Shown here one piece after another: positions 48,260 through 58,049 of a stretch of 64,000 nt of DNA. The DNA lies in NCBI GenBank assembly GCA_964342815.1, contig CAYFHS010000002.1:3079-67078 (forward strand), written 5' to 3'. This stretch comes from an uncultured archaeon. Its GTDB lineage: Archaea; Thermoplasmatota; Penumbrarchaeia; JASLWR01. A program made the translations under genes and the position numbers. Every line of letters starts with the position of its first letter. Position 1 is the first letter of the stretch. The notes beneath the pieces are model-generated. The model was given only the letters and a program-made list of their open reading frames with translations. It ran no database searches and was not told the origin of the DNA.

Positions 48260-48717
48260 TATTGGCTTGGTAAAGGCGATACTGTTGGGTCAAGCTGAAG
48301 TTTACTAGTTCCTTAAAGAAAATTCAGGGAAATGGTATTCTTCCGGAATATGAACAACAACTATATCCGCCGCCTTCGGAGGTAACGATGGCGGTTTTTG
48401 TTCCTCCACTGGTCTCACCTTCAACGCATATTTCAGTGTGACCGTCTTCTAGATCGGTTTTACCTTTACAGGCTGTGCATATTCCTTGAACCCCGTTATA
48501 ACCGTTTCGATCTCGGCCATGGGTATATCAGCAGCCCCCTCAGTTGCAAGCATCCCGGCTGTGAAAATGCCTGCGGCTCGCACAGGCAATGCCCGCTCCT
48601 TCTTCATTGAATCCAAGATTCAATTACACCTTTGGGGGGTAATTCTTGAAGCTGCACGGGGCGAGCTTTAATGGGAGTGTCGCCAGAGCCTGAAATATTC
48701 GTTTATAGATACAATTA

Positions 48718-48927
48718 TTACGTAAAGAAATCGAGGATATTCTCAGCGGTTTTTCCCTTTTTAGCAAGATACATATCGGTATATCCGCATTTTTCACAAG
48801 AAATGGTAATAAATTTCTTGTCTTGGATATCAAAAATCTTCTGCCAAAAACCACCAGCCGCTCGTATTTCACCAGATTTATATGATTTATTTCCGCACTT
48901 TGCACACTTGTATTTTTCTTTTGACAT
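48718..48927 (-). CDS. Small zinc-ribbon protein (CxxCG-x28-CxxCG)
   Basis: 69 aa: 'KCAKCGNKSYKSGEIRAAGGFWQKIFDIQDKKFITISCEKCGYTDMY'. Confidence 0.5.
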   Translation of the reverse strand: MSKEKYKCAKCGNKSYKSGEIRAAGGFWQKIFDIQDKKFITISCEKCGYTDMYLAKKGKTAENILDFFT

Positions 48928-49241
48928 GTTATTCGGTATGGCATAATATCGTTATAATAATTTCTCATGGAGCTACGTATATTACGCATAACACCCGATA
49001 CATTTCTAAACTTTGCTAGGGGCCCGGATCAGCGATGATGCGTCCCCGGTTAAGATCTTGGTGAACATTGAGCCAGCGATGAGAAAGGCAGAGGGAAACT
49101 TGGCAGTGTGAAGGAAAGACTTCCGCGGATTGTTTTGTTTTTTGTTTGTCTTGTCCGGTATACTGAAATAAGATTTTAAATAAAAGTAATATTATTTTCA
49201 TACTTATTTATAAATAATATAGGGCGATTTTATCTGCAAAT

Positions 49242-50159
49242 ATGGTTCCGGAAAAAATGACTGGCATTACTTATTGGGTAAAGGAAATATTCGGGGGACG
49301 CCGATTCTACAAATTGGGGTTTATTTTTCTTGTTGCAGTTACCGTCGCTATGATGTGTTCTATATTTGTTACAAGTGATATGGAAAAAAATAGTGATAAA
49401 TTTGAGATTATCAAATCAATCCAGCCTACGGACGAGCCTGTGATAATAGATACCCGCGCCGATGAGGGCTGCCCGGCCGGCGGTGCCGTGAATGGTAACC
49501 AGGAATACTCATGCGGGAGTGCTTGCCATAATGTGCAGAGCGTTTCGAATGTGGTTTTAAGTTCATCCTACCAGACCCTTTCACCCGGGGACACCATTAC
49601 TGTTTCAGTAAGAGTTACCGGTGCAGAGACCGATAGTACCCCTTTAGGCGTGTTCCTGGTAACAAGCCTGTCATCCGAGATGAGCCAGCCCAGGGATGAA
49701 GGATGGGAAATATTATCGGACCCCGGCGGTTCGACGAGTTATAATTATTATCTGAAAGATGCCGTTTATGGCGGTGGGGCATGGACGTGGACCCTCAAGG
49801 CCCCTGAGAATCCGGGGACGTATTATCTCTATGCAAGGGAACACCATGGAAACGGGCAGAAATACTGGCAGGAAAACACGAATGGGCTGAAATTCGATGT
49901 TATCGAAAGGGAAAGTTCCGGATCAGGTTTATTGATTCTGTTATATGTGTTCATGGGTCTCATCATGAGTGTCTTCGCTATTTTGATCGTTTATGCAATC
50001 CGGAAACACGACTCATCAAAAAAGGCCGGGCAAAGGGATTCCCAGGATCTTTACGAAGACGGCGAAACGATGATCGAATGCCCCAAATGCGGCTGTTCGC
50101 TAAAGGCAAAGAATCGTAATCGACATGAGAGAAGATGCACAATTCGCAGACGGTACTGA
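49242..50159 (+). CDS. Membrane protein: N-terminal TM, Cys-containing extracellular domain (CGSACH motif), C-terminal TM, cytoplasmic Cys-rich (zinc-ribbon-like) tail
   Basis: 305 aa. TM 'LGFIFLVAVTVAMMCSIFV'. 'EYSCGSACHNVQS'. TM 'LLILLYVFMGLIMSVFAILIVYAI'. Tail 'CPKCGCSLKAKNRNRHERRC'. Confidence 0.55.
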   Translation: MVPEKMTGITYWVKEIFGGRRFYKLGFIFLVAVTVAMMCSIFVTSDMEKNSDKFEIIKSIQPTDEPVIIDTRADEGCPAGGAVNGNQEYSCGSACHNVQSVSNVVLSSSYQTLSPGDTITVSVRVTGAETDSTPLGVFLVTSLSSEMSQPRDEGWEILSDPGGSTSYNYYLKDAVYGGGAWTWTLKAPENPGTYYLYAREHHGNGQKYWQENTNGLKFDVIERESSGSGLLILLYVFMGLIMSVFAILIVYAIRKHDSSKKAGQRDSQDLYEDGETMIECPKCGCSLKAKNRNRHERRCTIRRRY

Positions 50160-50295
50160 TAATAAAAAAGTCAATATACAATTACTAATCAACATAATGG
50201 ATATAAAAAAGGTGGGAGTCGGGCTCTATGCAAAATGGATTCTTCACAATTTATATTCCGCAAAATATTTAAAAGAATAAATACTGCGAGTAATT

Positions 50296-51273
50296 ATGAA
50301 AGCAATCGTATGCTCGAAATACGGGCCTCCGGATGTTCTTCAACTGAAAGAGGTAGAAAAACCCTTTCCAAAGGATAACGAAGTGCTGATAAAGATATAT
50401 GCCACAACAGTAAATCGAACAGACTGCGCAACACTTAGAGCAAAACCGTTCTTCGCAAGATTTTTCACTGGATTGTTCAAACCAAAGAATTCTATTCTCG
50501 GAACCGAATTTGCAGGTAAGATAGAAGCAATTGGAAAGAATGTATCATCTTTTAAGCCCGGCGATAAGGTTTTCGGGTTTAGTGAGAACGGATATGGGTG
50601 TCATGCCCAGTATATGAGAATATCGGAAGATAAAGCGCTGGCAAAAATTCCAAAGGATTTAACATATAAGCAGGCGGCTGCCAGTTCAGAGGGGGCGTGG
50701 TATGCGTATAATTTCATCAATAAAGTTAAGATTAAGCCCGGGCAAAAGGTTCTGGTCAATGGCGCAACGGGAGGAATAGGCTCAGCTGCAGTCCAGTTGT
50801 CAAAATATTTCGGAGCCGAGATCACCGGAGTATGCCAGGGGAAGGATTTTGAATTGGTCAAATCTCTGGGAACGAAGTATTTAATTGATTATTTAAAAGA
50901 GGATTTTACAAAGTCTGATAAAAAATACAATTACATTTTTGACACTGTGGGTAAGAGTTCATTTGGCAAATGCAAATTATTATTGGAACCCGATGGCGTA
51001 TATATTTCATCGGAACTGGGCTCCGGGAGTCAAAATATTTTCCTGGCGCTTTTAACTCCAATATTAAGAGGTAAAAAAGTTAAATTTCCGCTTCCCAAGG
51101 ATTGTAAAGGGACTATACTTCTTATCAAAAAGCTAATTGAGAAGGGAAAATTCAAAGCAGTGATCGATAGAGAATATCCTTTTGAGCAGATAGTAAAGGC
51201 GTTCAAGTATGTAGAAAGCGGACAGAAAGTAGGAAATGTCGTAATAACCGTGGAACATAATGACAAAACCTGA
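50296..51273 (+). CDS. Zn-independent MDR superfamily oxidoreductase (NADPH:quinone reductase-like), paralogue 1
   Basis: 325 aa. '[23 protein letters not shown]' and 'LVNGATGGIGSAAVQLSKYFGAEITGV' form a Rossmann GxGxxG dinucleotide fold. Family-typical C-terminus 'GNVVITV'. Confidence 0.8.
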   Translation: MKAIVCSKYGPPDVLQLKEVEKPFPKDNEVLIKIYATTVNRTDCATLRAKPFFARFFTGLFKPKNSILGTEFAGKIEAIGKNVSSFKPGDKVFGFSENGYGCHAQYMRISEDKALAKIPKDLTYKQAAASSEGAWYAYNFINKVKIKPGQKVLVNGATGGIGSAAVQLSKYFGAEITGVCQGKDFELVKSLGTKYLIDYLKEDFTKSDKKYNYIFDTVGKSSFGKCKLLLEPDGVYISSELGSGSQNIFLALLTPILRGKKVKFPLPKDCKGTILLIKKLIEKGKFKAVIDREYPFEQIVKAFKYVESGQKVGNVVITVEHNDKT

Positions 51274-51287
51274 AAGGACGCAGTACA

Positions 51288-52241
51288 ATGAAAGCAATGG
51301 TATTCAAAAAATACGGATCGCCCGATGTCCTCAGTATCGAAAAGGTGGCCAAACCAAAACCCAAGGACGATGAAGTGCTGATAAAGATACATGCAGCGGC
51401 AATAAACGATTGGGACTGGCATATCTTTAGAGGAAGCATGTTCGTTAACCGTATGATGTTCGGTCTTATAAAGCCCAGAAAACAAACAATAATCGGATGC
51501 GACATATCAGGTGTTGTCGAAGACGTTGGGAAGAATATTAAAAACTTTAAGAAGGACGACGAGGTGTTCGGGGATCTATCTGACAGTGGTTTTGGCGGTT
51601 TTGCAGAATATGTTTCCGCTCCAGAGAATGCCCTGGCAATGAAATCGCGGGAGATGAGCTTCGAGGAAGCGGCGGCCACGCCCCAGGCCGGTCTTCTCGC
51701 CCTCCAGGGATTTCAAAAAGGACAAATAGAGAAAGGGCAGAAGGTGTTGATAAACGGGGCGGGAGGGGGCGTGGGCACCTTCTTCGTGCAGATCGCCAGG
51801 GATTCCGGAGCGGAGCTGACGGGAGTGGACAAAAAGAACAAATTGAAGATGATTAAGTCCATGGGATACCACCAAGTCATCGACTACCGGAAGACGGATT
51901 TCACAAGGACCGGAGAGCGGTATGACCTCATCATCGACAATATGTCCACCCGTTCGTTCCTCGCCTACAAGCGAGCGCTTCGACCCGGTGGAAGATGTTT
52001 ACTGGTCGGTGGAAACCTGGCTTTGATCCTATCTTCTTCAGTACTTGGAAGGTTTGGAAACAGGAAGGTCGGCCTTCTGATGTATCGAACGAACGAAGGG
52101 CTGGATGAGATGACAAAACTATTCGAGGCCGGCAGATTGAAGCCCGTTATCGACAGCACCTACCCGCTGAGTGAGGCCCCTGAAGCTTTTAGGCATTATG
52201 GAAAAGGGGAATTCAAGGGTAAAGTCGTGATAACAGTGTAA
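51288..52241 (+). CDS. MDR superfamily oxidoreductase (quinone reductase-like), paralogue 2
   Basis: 317 aa with 'MKAMVFKKYGSPDVLSIEKVAKP', 'LINGAGGGVGTFFVQIARDSGAELTGV' and 'GKVVITV'. Confidence 0.8.
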   Translation: MKAMVFKKYGSPDVLSIEKVAKPKPKDDEVLIKIHAAAINDWDWHIFRGSMFVNRMMFGLIKPRKQTIIGCDISGVVEDVGKNIKNFKKDDEVFGDLSDSGFGGFAEYVSAPENALAMKSREMSFEEAAATPQAGLLALQGFQKGQIEKGQKVLINGAGGGVGTFFVQIARDSGAELTGVDKKNKLKMIKSMGYHQVIDYRKTDFTRTGERYDLIIDNMSTRSFLAYKRALRPGGRCLLVGGNLALILSSSVLGRFGNRKVGLLMYRTNEGLDEMTKLFEAGRLKPVIDSTYPLSEAPEAFRHYGKGEFKGKVVITV

Positions 52242-52268
52242 CATAATAACGAAATATATGGGATACTT

Positions 52269-53195
52269 ATGAAAGCAATTGTATATCAAAAATATGGTCC
52301 CCCCGATGTTCTTCAGCTCAAAGAGGTAGAAAAACCTATTCCCAAGGACAATGAAATGCTTATTAAAGTATATGCGACAACGGTAACATCCGGTACTCTG
52401 TGGGCTCGAAAGGGCAGCCACCCGGATTCCAAATTATTCACTATCGCGGCGCGATTATATTTTGGTCTCAGAAAACCAAGAAAAACGATACTTGGCTATG
52501 AGCTATCCGGAGTAGTTGAAGCTGTGGGTAAAGATGTAAAACTGTTTAATAAGGGAGATCAGGTCTTTGGAACTGCAACCGGGTTGTGGGCTGGTGCTTA
52601 TGCAGAGTACGTATGTCTGCCTGAAGAATGGAAGCAGGGTGTGGTAGCCAAGAAACCTGCGAATGTGAGTTTTGAGGAAGCCGCCGCCGTTCCTATCGGG
52701 GGTATGACTGCGCTGCATATTCTTAAAAAAGCAAATATCCAAAGCGGACAAAAAATCCTCATCTACGGGGCTTCGGGAAGCGTGGGCACTTATGCGGTAC
52801 AGATTGCCAAGTATTTTGGGGCGGAAGTGACCGGGGTATGCAGTACTTCGAATTTAGAATTAGTTAAATCCATAGGGGCCGATAAAGTAATTGATTACAC
52901 CCGGGAGGATTTCACCCAGGGTCATGAGGTCTATGACGTTGTTTTTGATGCGGTTGGTAAAATCTCCCGCGCGCATGTTAAAAGCTGCCTGAAGAAAAGG
53001 GGGACGTATCTGTCTGTTAAATCACCAACAAGTGAAACGACTGAAAATCTGGCGTACCTCGGAGAGCTTATTGAAGCGGGAAAGATTAAACCAATCATAG
53101 ACAGAAGCTATCCGCTGGAAAAGACTGTCGAGGCTCACGCCTATGTTGAAAAGGGGCACAAAAAGGGGAATGTCGTAATAAATGTGGTAGTATGA
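52269..53195 (+). CDS. MDR superfamily oxidoreductase (quinone reductase-like), paralogue 3
   Basis: 308 aa. The N-terminal 30 aa are almost identical to paralogue 1 ('[39 protein letters not shown]'). '[27 protein letters not shown]'. Confidence 0.8.
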   Translation: MKAIVYQKYGPPDVLQLKEVEKPIPKDNEMLIKVYATTVTSGTLWARKGSHPDSKLFTIAARLYFGLRKPRKTILGYELSGVVEAVGKDVKLFNKGDQVFGTATGLWAGAYAEYVCLPEEWKQGVVAKKPANVSFEEAAAVPIGGMTALHILKKANIQSGQKILIYGASGSVGTYAVQIAKYFGAEVTGVCSTSNLELVKSIGADKVIDYTREDFTQGHEVYDVVFDAVGKISRAHVKSCLKKRGTYLSVKSPTSETTENLAYLGELIEAGKIKPIIDRSYPLEKTVEAHAYVEKGHKKGNVVINVVV

Positions 53196-53232
53196 TTAAA
53201 AATGTAAATGCGAGCAGGAGGGAGTGCTGGCA

Positions 53233-53706
53233 ATGAAATCATTATTGGTCTTGTTTTCATATCACCACAAAAATACAGAGAAGATCGCCAAGGTCTTCGC
53301 AAAAGTTTTGGATGCAAAAATAAAAACCCCACACCAAATAAAACCTCAAGAGTTAACAAAATATGATCTAATAGGTTTTGGCTCGGGGATATATGGGGCA
53401 AAACACCATAAATCATTACTTGAGCTTGCGGATAAACTACCGCAGGTTACAAACAATATGGCATTCATATTCTCGACCAGTGCCATAATGGGAAAATCCA
53501 AGGTCGCCGAAGATCACTGGCCGCTGCGGGAAAAACTGGAATCTCGTGGTTACACGATCGCCGGTGAATTTAGCTGCAAGGGTTTCAACACAAATAGTTT
53601 TCTGAAATTTTTTGGGGGAATGAACAGGGGCAGACCCAATACTGAAGACCTTAATAATGCTAAAGAGTTTGCTCAGAACATGAAGCAGGACGCGTGCGGC
53701 TCATAG
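53233..53706 (+). CDS. Flavodoxin-like fold protein
   Basis: 'MKSLLVLFSYHHKNTEKIAKVFAKVL...YDLIGFGSGIYGAKHH' matches the flavodoxin pattern (short beta-strand, then FMN-binding-loop-like region). SD 'AGGAGGGA' 9 nt upstream of the ATG at 53233. The GTG at 53224 sits too close to the SD. Confidence 0.6.
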   Translation: MKSLLVLFSYHHKNTEKIAKVFAKVLDAKIKTPHQIKPQELTKYDLIGFGSGIYGAKHHKSLLELADKLPQVTNNMAFIFSTSAIMGKSKVAEDHWPLREKLESRGYTIAGEFSCKGFNTNSFLKFFGGMNRGRPNTEDLNNAKEFAQNMKQDACGS

Positions 53707-54072
53707 CTATGTAAAAAATAGCACAATGGGAATGTAGTGATAAATGTTAGCTATAATAATAATAAGACCGGATCGGATAGTTCAAGATAAGAGCACTAGT
53801 TCTTAAAGAATATGGGTTCCTTGATAATTGATGTCATGACACGTCACTCTTCTTTAGAATATAGACTGTCAATATCTCTGCTAGTAACCGCCCCTCTGCT
53901 CATCTTACTCTATAGCTCACAGGCCTTTCGGATATCGAAGAGGTATTATTGTAAAAAAAAAAGGTGAAAATTACTCAGTAAACCACACACTTCGTTGGAT
54001 TGTCAAAACTAACTATAATTAAATCGACAATCTATTTATATCTAGGATTAATAATATTATCTTGGTGTAGAC

Positions 54073-56943
54073 TTGGATACGGGAAGGATTAGATTTCGGT
54101 GTATAATCGTTATAATTATAGTTCTCTTCCAATTTTTACCAATGAATATTATTATTCTTGAATACGAATCATCAGTTCATTCATTAAATGAATCATACAT
54201 TAACGACATTTCTACGCGGGATTCGGGAATTACCTACAATGAATGGGGTATGTGGCGGGGGGATTCGAACCATACGGGGAATGCAAGCTGTACGGGACCA
54301 AGTTCATGGAACCAACTTTGGAGGGGGGGCAAAAAATCGAACATGTACAGTTCCCCTGCCGTTAAGTATGGAAAGGTCTACATTGGAAGGGGCGCCTGGG
54401 TCTACTGTTATGAAATAGCCACCGGATCAATTGTCTGGTCAATTAATCTGAGTTATAATATTGATTCCTCACCCCTGCTTTTTGAGGGAAGGGTTTATAT
54501 CGGCGGCGGCAGTGAACTATTCTGCCTGGATGCCAATGGAACGGGAGGGAGCACGACAATATACTGGACCGCCAAAATTGGCGGTATTGTCCGCAGCTCG
54601 CCAACTACGGATGGAGACGATGATATCTTTATTGCGTCCGGTAATGGTCTTCTCTGGGCGATATACACAAATGGTACTGAACATTGGAATTCCTCCATTT
54701 ACGGGGGGGCTGACTGTTCACCTGCATATTGGAACGGCAGGGTATATTGTGGCTCCGGTGGATATCTGGGAGGAGGTGAATACGTTTACTGCTTCAATGC
54801 GGATACAGGAGCCCGAATTTGGTCTTATAAACTTGCTTCGGCCCCCTGCAGTTCTCCCGCTTTGGCCTACGGCAATGTCTATATTGCAGGCATAGGTGAA
54901 AACGGTCATATCTATTGCCTGGATGCAATGGGTTCCGGGGGAACCACCACCCTGTTATGGAAACACGATATCGGTGGATCATATGGTTCACCCGCAGTGG
55001 GCTACGAAAGAGTCTATATCGGCAGCGAGAACGGAGGGAACTTTTACTGCTTTGACGCGTTTGGGAACGGTTCCGGTGAGGGAAAACTGCATTGGACCAA
55101 GGATCTCGATGATTGGATCCACAGCTCACCCATAATCACTCCAAAATATATTTACGTCGGTGCCGCCGATGGGCGGTTCTACTGCTTGAACAGGACCGAT
55201 TCCTCTACGGTATGGTCAAAGAAACTGAGTACAAACAATGGTTATTGGGGTATAAGTTCTTCTCCGGCCCTTGCAGGGAACCTGATCTTTATGACCACTG
55301 ATGGTGATGGGCTTTATTGCATCGGCGACAAGAAAGACATTGAACCACCTTCGGTTCTCAGCACCTTTCCCGTTTCAAACGCCATGGAAGTGAGTACGGA
55401 TATTGAGATCGAGATAGTTTTTGATAAACCGGTTGATCCTTCCACAATTACAGAAACCTCGATAATTTTAAAAGATTCAGAGGCCCAGACCGTTTTATGC
55501 TCTGTTCGGTCGAACATAGCAGGGGACACCACCTACCTCAAACCGATCAATCCGTTAAACAAGGATGAGTTATACACCGTAACTGTCACTACCGATATCG
55601 TTGATCTCGTTGGATTTCATCTGGATGGGGACGGAGATGGAAATGATGAAGGGGCCGGTATTGATGAATACACATTCTCGTTTACCACCGTTCCCCTATA
55701 TCCGCCGCATATTGATCCGATCCCCACACAGCGACCCCCTGAGGATATTCTTTTTGTGGTAAACCTCTCCTCATACATCTCAGACAAGGACACAGCCAAT
55801 GAAAAGCTGATCCTTGAGGTGAATTCTTCTTACATTACCGTGGATGGTCTGGACCTTCAAATGTTGTATCCTACGGGAATCTCTGCCGAGGTGGTCAATC
55901 TATCAGTAAGCGATGGCGAATTCCCAAAACCAACCTACAGGGATTTTCTGGTAGAGGTCATCAGCGACAACTATCCACCATTACTATCTTCCGTTCCTCA
56001 ACAAAACCTGACTGAAGATATTCACTTCGAACTTGATATGACCCCATATATTAAGGACCTGGATACTCCTTTTTCCAATATCACACTGAGGGATAACTCA
56101 TCATATTCGGAAATTGATGGGCTTGTTATCAATTTCATGTATCCAAACGGGGTGAGCTTCGATATGGTAAACGTGTCGGTATACGATGGAAAGAGCACGG
56201 ATTATTTGACCATCAATGTGAGCATTGCTCCTGTCAATGATGCCCCGATCATCACGGAAATACCAACCCAGGAAGTGGTCAAGGATGTGCCGACCAACTT
56301 ATCGCTTGAAGACCATATCTCCGACATCGACAATCATCTCCTTGATCTGGTCATAACCGTTGATTCACCATATATTGAAGTTCAGGGACACATCCTCAAA
56401 ATGACATATCCTGATGGTGTCGCCGAGGACGTGGTGAATGTCACGGTATCGGATGGGCAGCTCTCCGATAACACCACTCTGTTCGTACAGGTATATCTGG
56501 CAAATGCCCCTCCCTCGCTCTCCAAACCTCAGGTAAATCCTGAAGAGGGTGATACCGGTACTGATTTCGTGTTCAGTGTGGTTTTCACGGATGCGGATAT
56601 GGGTGAAAGGGCTCCAGAGGTCCAACTTGTCATTGGTGAGGAAAAATTCTCATGTGTCAAGGTTTCGGGGGATTACCGTACGGGTGCAACATTCAAGTTC
56701 AACTTAACACTCCCCAAAGGCGAGCATACGTTCCATTTCACAGCGGATGATCATCGCGGCGGCAGGGCTTACACGGATGATCTGAACATCACCGTGTCCT
56801 CTGAGAAAGGTGCTAATGACAAAGTAGGATCGAGTAAGGGATTCATTGTAGGTACATTATTGGTGGCTGCCTTTCTCCTTCTTATAATCACAGCTGTTTT
56901 AATATTAATGCTGTTTAAGGGAAAGAAGAAAGAGCCGCAGTGA
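54073..56943 (+). CDS. Surface protein: N-terminal signal/anchor, PQQ-like (BamB-type) beta-propeller, SbsA-type Ig-like domain, four cadherin-like/'putative Ig' domains, C-terminal TM anchor
   Basis: 956 aa. Repeated 'G-VY-G---G--YC-DA-TG---W' blades, about eight. Four modules ending '..DGL.L...YP.G.....VN.SVSDG'. TM 'GFIVGTLLVAAFLLLIITAVLILML' plus 'KGKKKEPQ'. The start is a TTG at 54073; the first ATG (54142) would remove the signal segment. Confidence 0.75.
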   Translation: MDTGRIRFRCIIVIIIVLFQFLPMNIIILEYESSVHSLNESYINDISTRDSGITYNEWGMWRGDSNHTGNASCTGPSSWNQLWRGGKKSNMYSSPAVKYGKVYIGRGAWVYCYEIATGSIVWSINLSYNIDSSPLLFEGRVYIGGGSELFCLDANGTGGSTTIYWTAKIGGIVRSSPTTDGDDDIFIASGNGLLWAIYTNGTEHWNSSIYGGADCSPAYWNGRVYCGSGGYLGGGEYVYCFNADTGARIWSYKLASAPCSSPALAYGNVYIAGIGENGHIYCLDAMGSGGTTTLLWKHDIGGSYGSPAVGYERVYIGSENGGNFYCFDAFGNGSGEGKLHWTKDLDDWIHSSPIITPKYIYVGAADGRFYCLNRTDSSTVWSKKLSTNNGYWGISSSPALAGNLIFMTTDGDGLYCIGDKKDIEPPSVLSTFPVSNAMEVSTDIEIEIVFDKPVDPSTITETSIILKDSEAQTVLCSVRSNIAGDTTYLKPINPLNKDELYTVTVTTDIVDLVGFHLDGDGDGNDEGAGIDEYTFSFTTVPLYPPHIDPIPTQRPPEDILFVVNLSSYISDKDTANEKLILEVNSSYITVDGLDLQMLYPTGISAEVVNLSVSDGEFPKPTYRDFLVEVISDNYPPLLSSVPQQNLTEDIHFELDMTPYIKDLDTPFSNITLRDNSSYSEIDGLVINFMYPNGVSFDMVNVSVYDGKSTDYLTINVSIAPVNDAPIITEIPTQEVVKDVPTNLSLEDHISDIDNHLLDLVITVDSPYIEVQGHILKMTYPDGVAEDVVNVTVSDGQLSDNTTLFVQVYLANAPPSLSKPQVNPEEGDTGTDFVFSVVFTDADMGERAPEVQLVIGEEKFSCVKVSGDYRTGATFKFNLTLPKGEHTFHFTADDHRGGRAYTDDLNITVSSEKGANDKVGSSKGFIVGTLLVAAFLLLIITAVLILMLFKGKKKEPQ

Positions 56944-57110
56944 TATAATACATGGTCCCGAAGGTTGATATTACAGAACCGAAGCTCGTTTAGCCAATCT
57001 TCGAAAATCTGCTTCTATGCGTAATCGCTGTATCACAAAACAAGGTGACTTCTCGAAAATAATAAATAAGTTATGAGAAGTATTCTTGCCGCTAATACAG
57101 GAGTGATAAA

Positions 57111-57359
57111 ATGGCTAGCGAAAAAATAATAAAACAATTGAAAACAGGCGCCGTACTGATAATACTCATCGGAGGTCTGCTGGCTTTGGCAGGAGGGCTC
57201 ATGGTGGGTTTCGGCGGTGAGAGTGAGAGTATGTCGGGATTGATCGGAGGTATCGCCATTGCTGCTGCCGGTGGATTGACCAGCGGTACTGGAGGCATAA
57301 TTCTGTCTATTTCCATAGATATGAAAAAAGAAATGGAAAATAAAAATTCCGAAAAATAA
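57111..57359 (+). CDS. Small Gly-rich membrane protein (two TM helices)
   Basis: 82 aa: 'GAVLIILIGGLLALAGGLMVGFGG...GLIGGIAIAAAGGLTSGTGGIILSISI'. Confidence 0.4.
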   Translation: MASEKIIKQLKTGAVLIILIGGLLALAGGLMVGFGGESESMSGLIGGIAIAAAGGLTSGTGGIILSISIDMKKEMENKNSEK

Positions 57360-57447
57360 CAAAACTGGCACCTATATTATCCAGTATATACGCCATGAGA
57401 TAGAATATGCTCCCAACGAAATTAGAGCATCAGGATGGGAAAGGACA

Positions 57448-57858
57448 ATGAATAAAGACTCCTTCATCATAACACAGCTCATCCTAACCTTATCAGGTAT
57501 CCTGGCCACGCTCTGGCTGGTTGGAAATGATATGGTCCAGGGTGATTACTGCCCAAAACTTTTCGGCATTCCCGCCTGCTATCTCGTTCTCGCCGCTTTT
57601 TTGCTGGTCCTTCTTTCTCTGTTCATCAGACATAGATTGATTAATCGGATTGTTTACGGTCTTGGCGCGGGATCAGGGTTGGTTATCGCGATTTGGTTCT
57701 CGGGAAATCAGATTTTGGGTCTCGACGAATGTCCCAAATGGTTCGGCCTACCACTCTGTTACCTGTCACTCCTGACCTTTGCAGCTCTAATATGGTTGAA
57801 GTTGCACATTTCCGTAAAGAAGAGGGACGGCTCTATTTTAGGTAGTTTCGCTGAATAA
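57448..57858 (+). CDS. Four-TM membrane protein with an internal duplication carrying a C-P-K-x-F-G-x-P-x-C-Y motif in each half
   Basis: 136 aa: 'GDYCPKLFGIPACYLVLAAFLL' and 'LDECPKWFGLPLCYLSLLTFAAL'. Paired cysteines flank TM helices 2 and 4. Confidence 0.5.
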   Translation: MNKDSFIITQLILTLSGILATLWLVGNDMVQGDYCPKLFGIPACYLVLAAFLLVLLSLFIRHRLINRIVYGLGAGSGLVIAIWFSGNQILGLDECPKWFGLPLCYLSLLTFAALIWLKLHISVKKRDGSILGSFAE

Positions 57859-58049
57859 TATGCGTCATGGATTTCCCAGTTGCATCTTCCCGAATGATAA
57901 CGTAATAACTCCTTTCGGGCCCACATCCGCACAGCTGCCGCTCACCACTCCTTCGGACGCACCCATGATTATGGGATATGTCGACAGGAAAAAGTAATAA
58001 GACCAAAAAATGGAAAATCCTTTAATATCTACAAGGGGTTGTTAGCTCG

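Noticed and set aside
48322-48600. Minus-strand reading frame with protein-like composition (MKKERALPVRAAGIFTAGMLATEGAADIPMAEIETVITGFKEYAQPVKVKPI) that continues in frame past a TAG for another 47 codons. I considered UAG read-through (pyrrolysine).
   Set aside because: TAG is used as the ordinary stop codon by at least five clear genes in this window (16401..20681, 46015..47031, 53233..53706, 61143..62945 and others). Pyl-decoding archaea strongly avoid TAG stops. No Pyl-containing methyltransferase context either. At most a 52-aa small ORF (48445..48600) remains, which I do not list.
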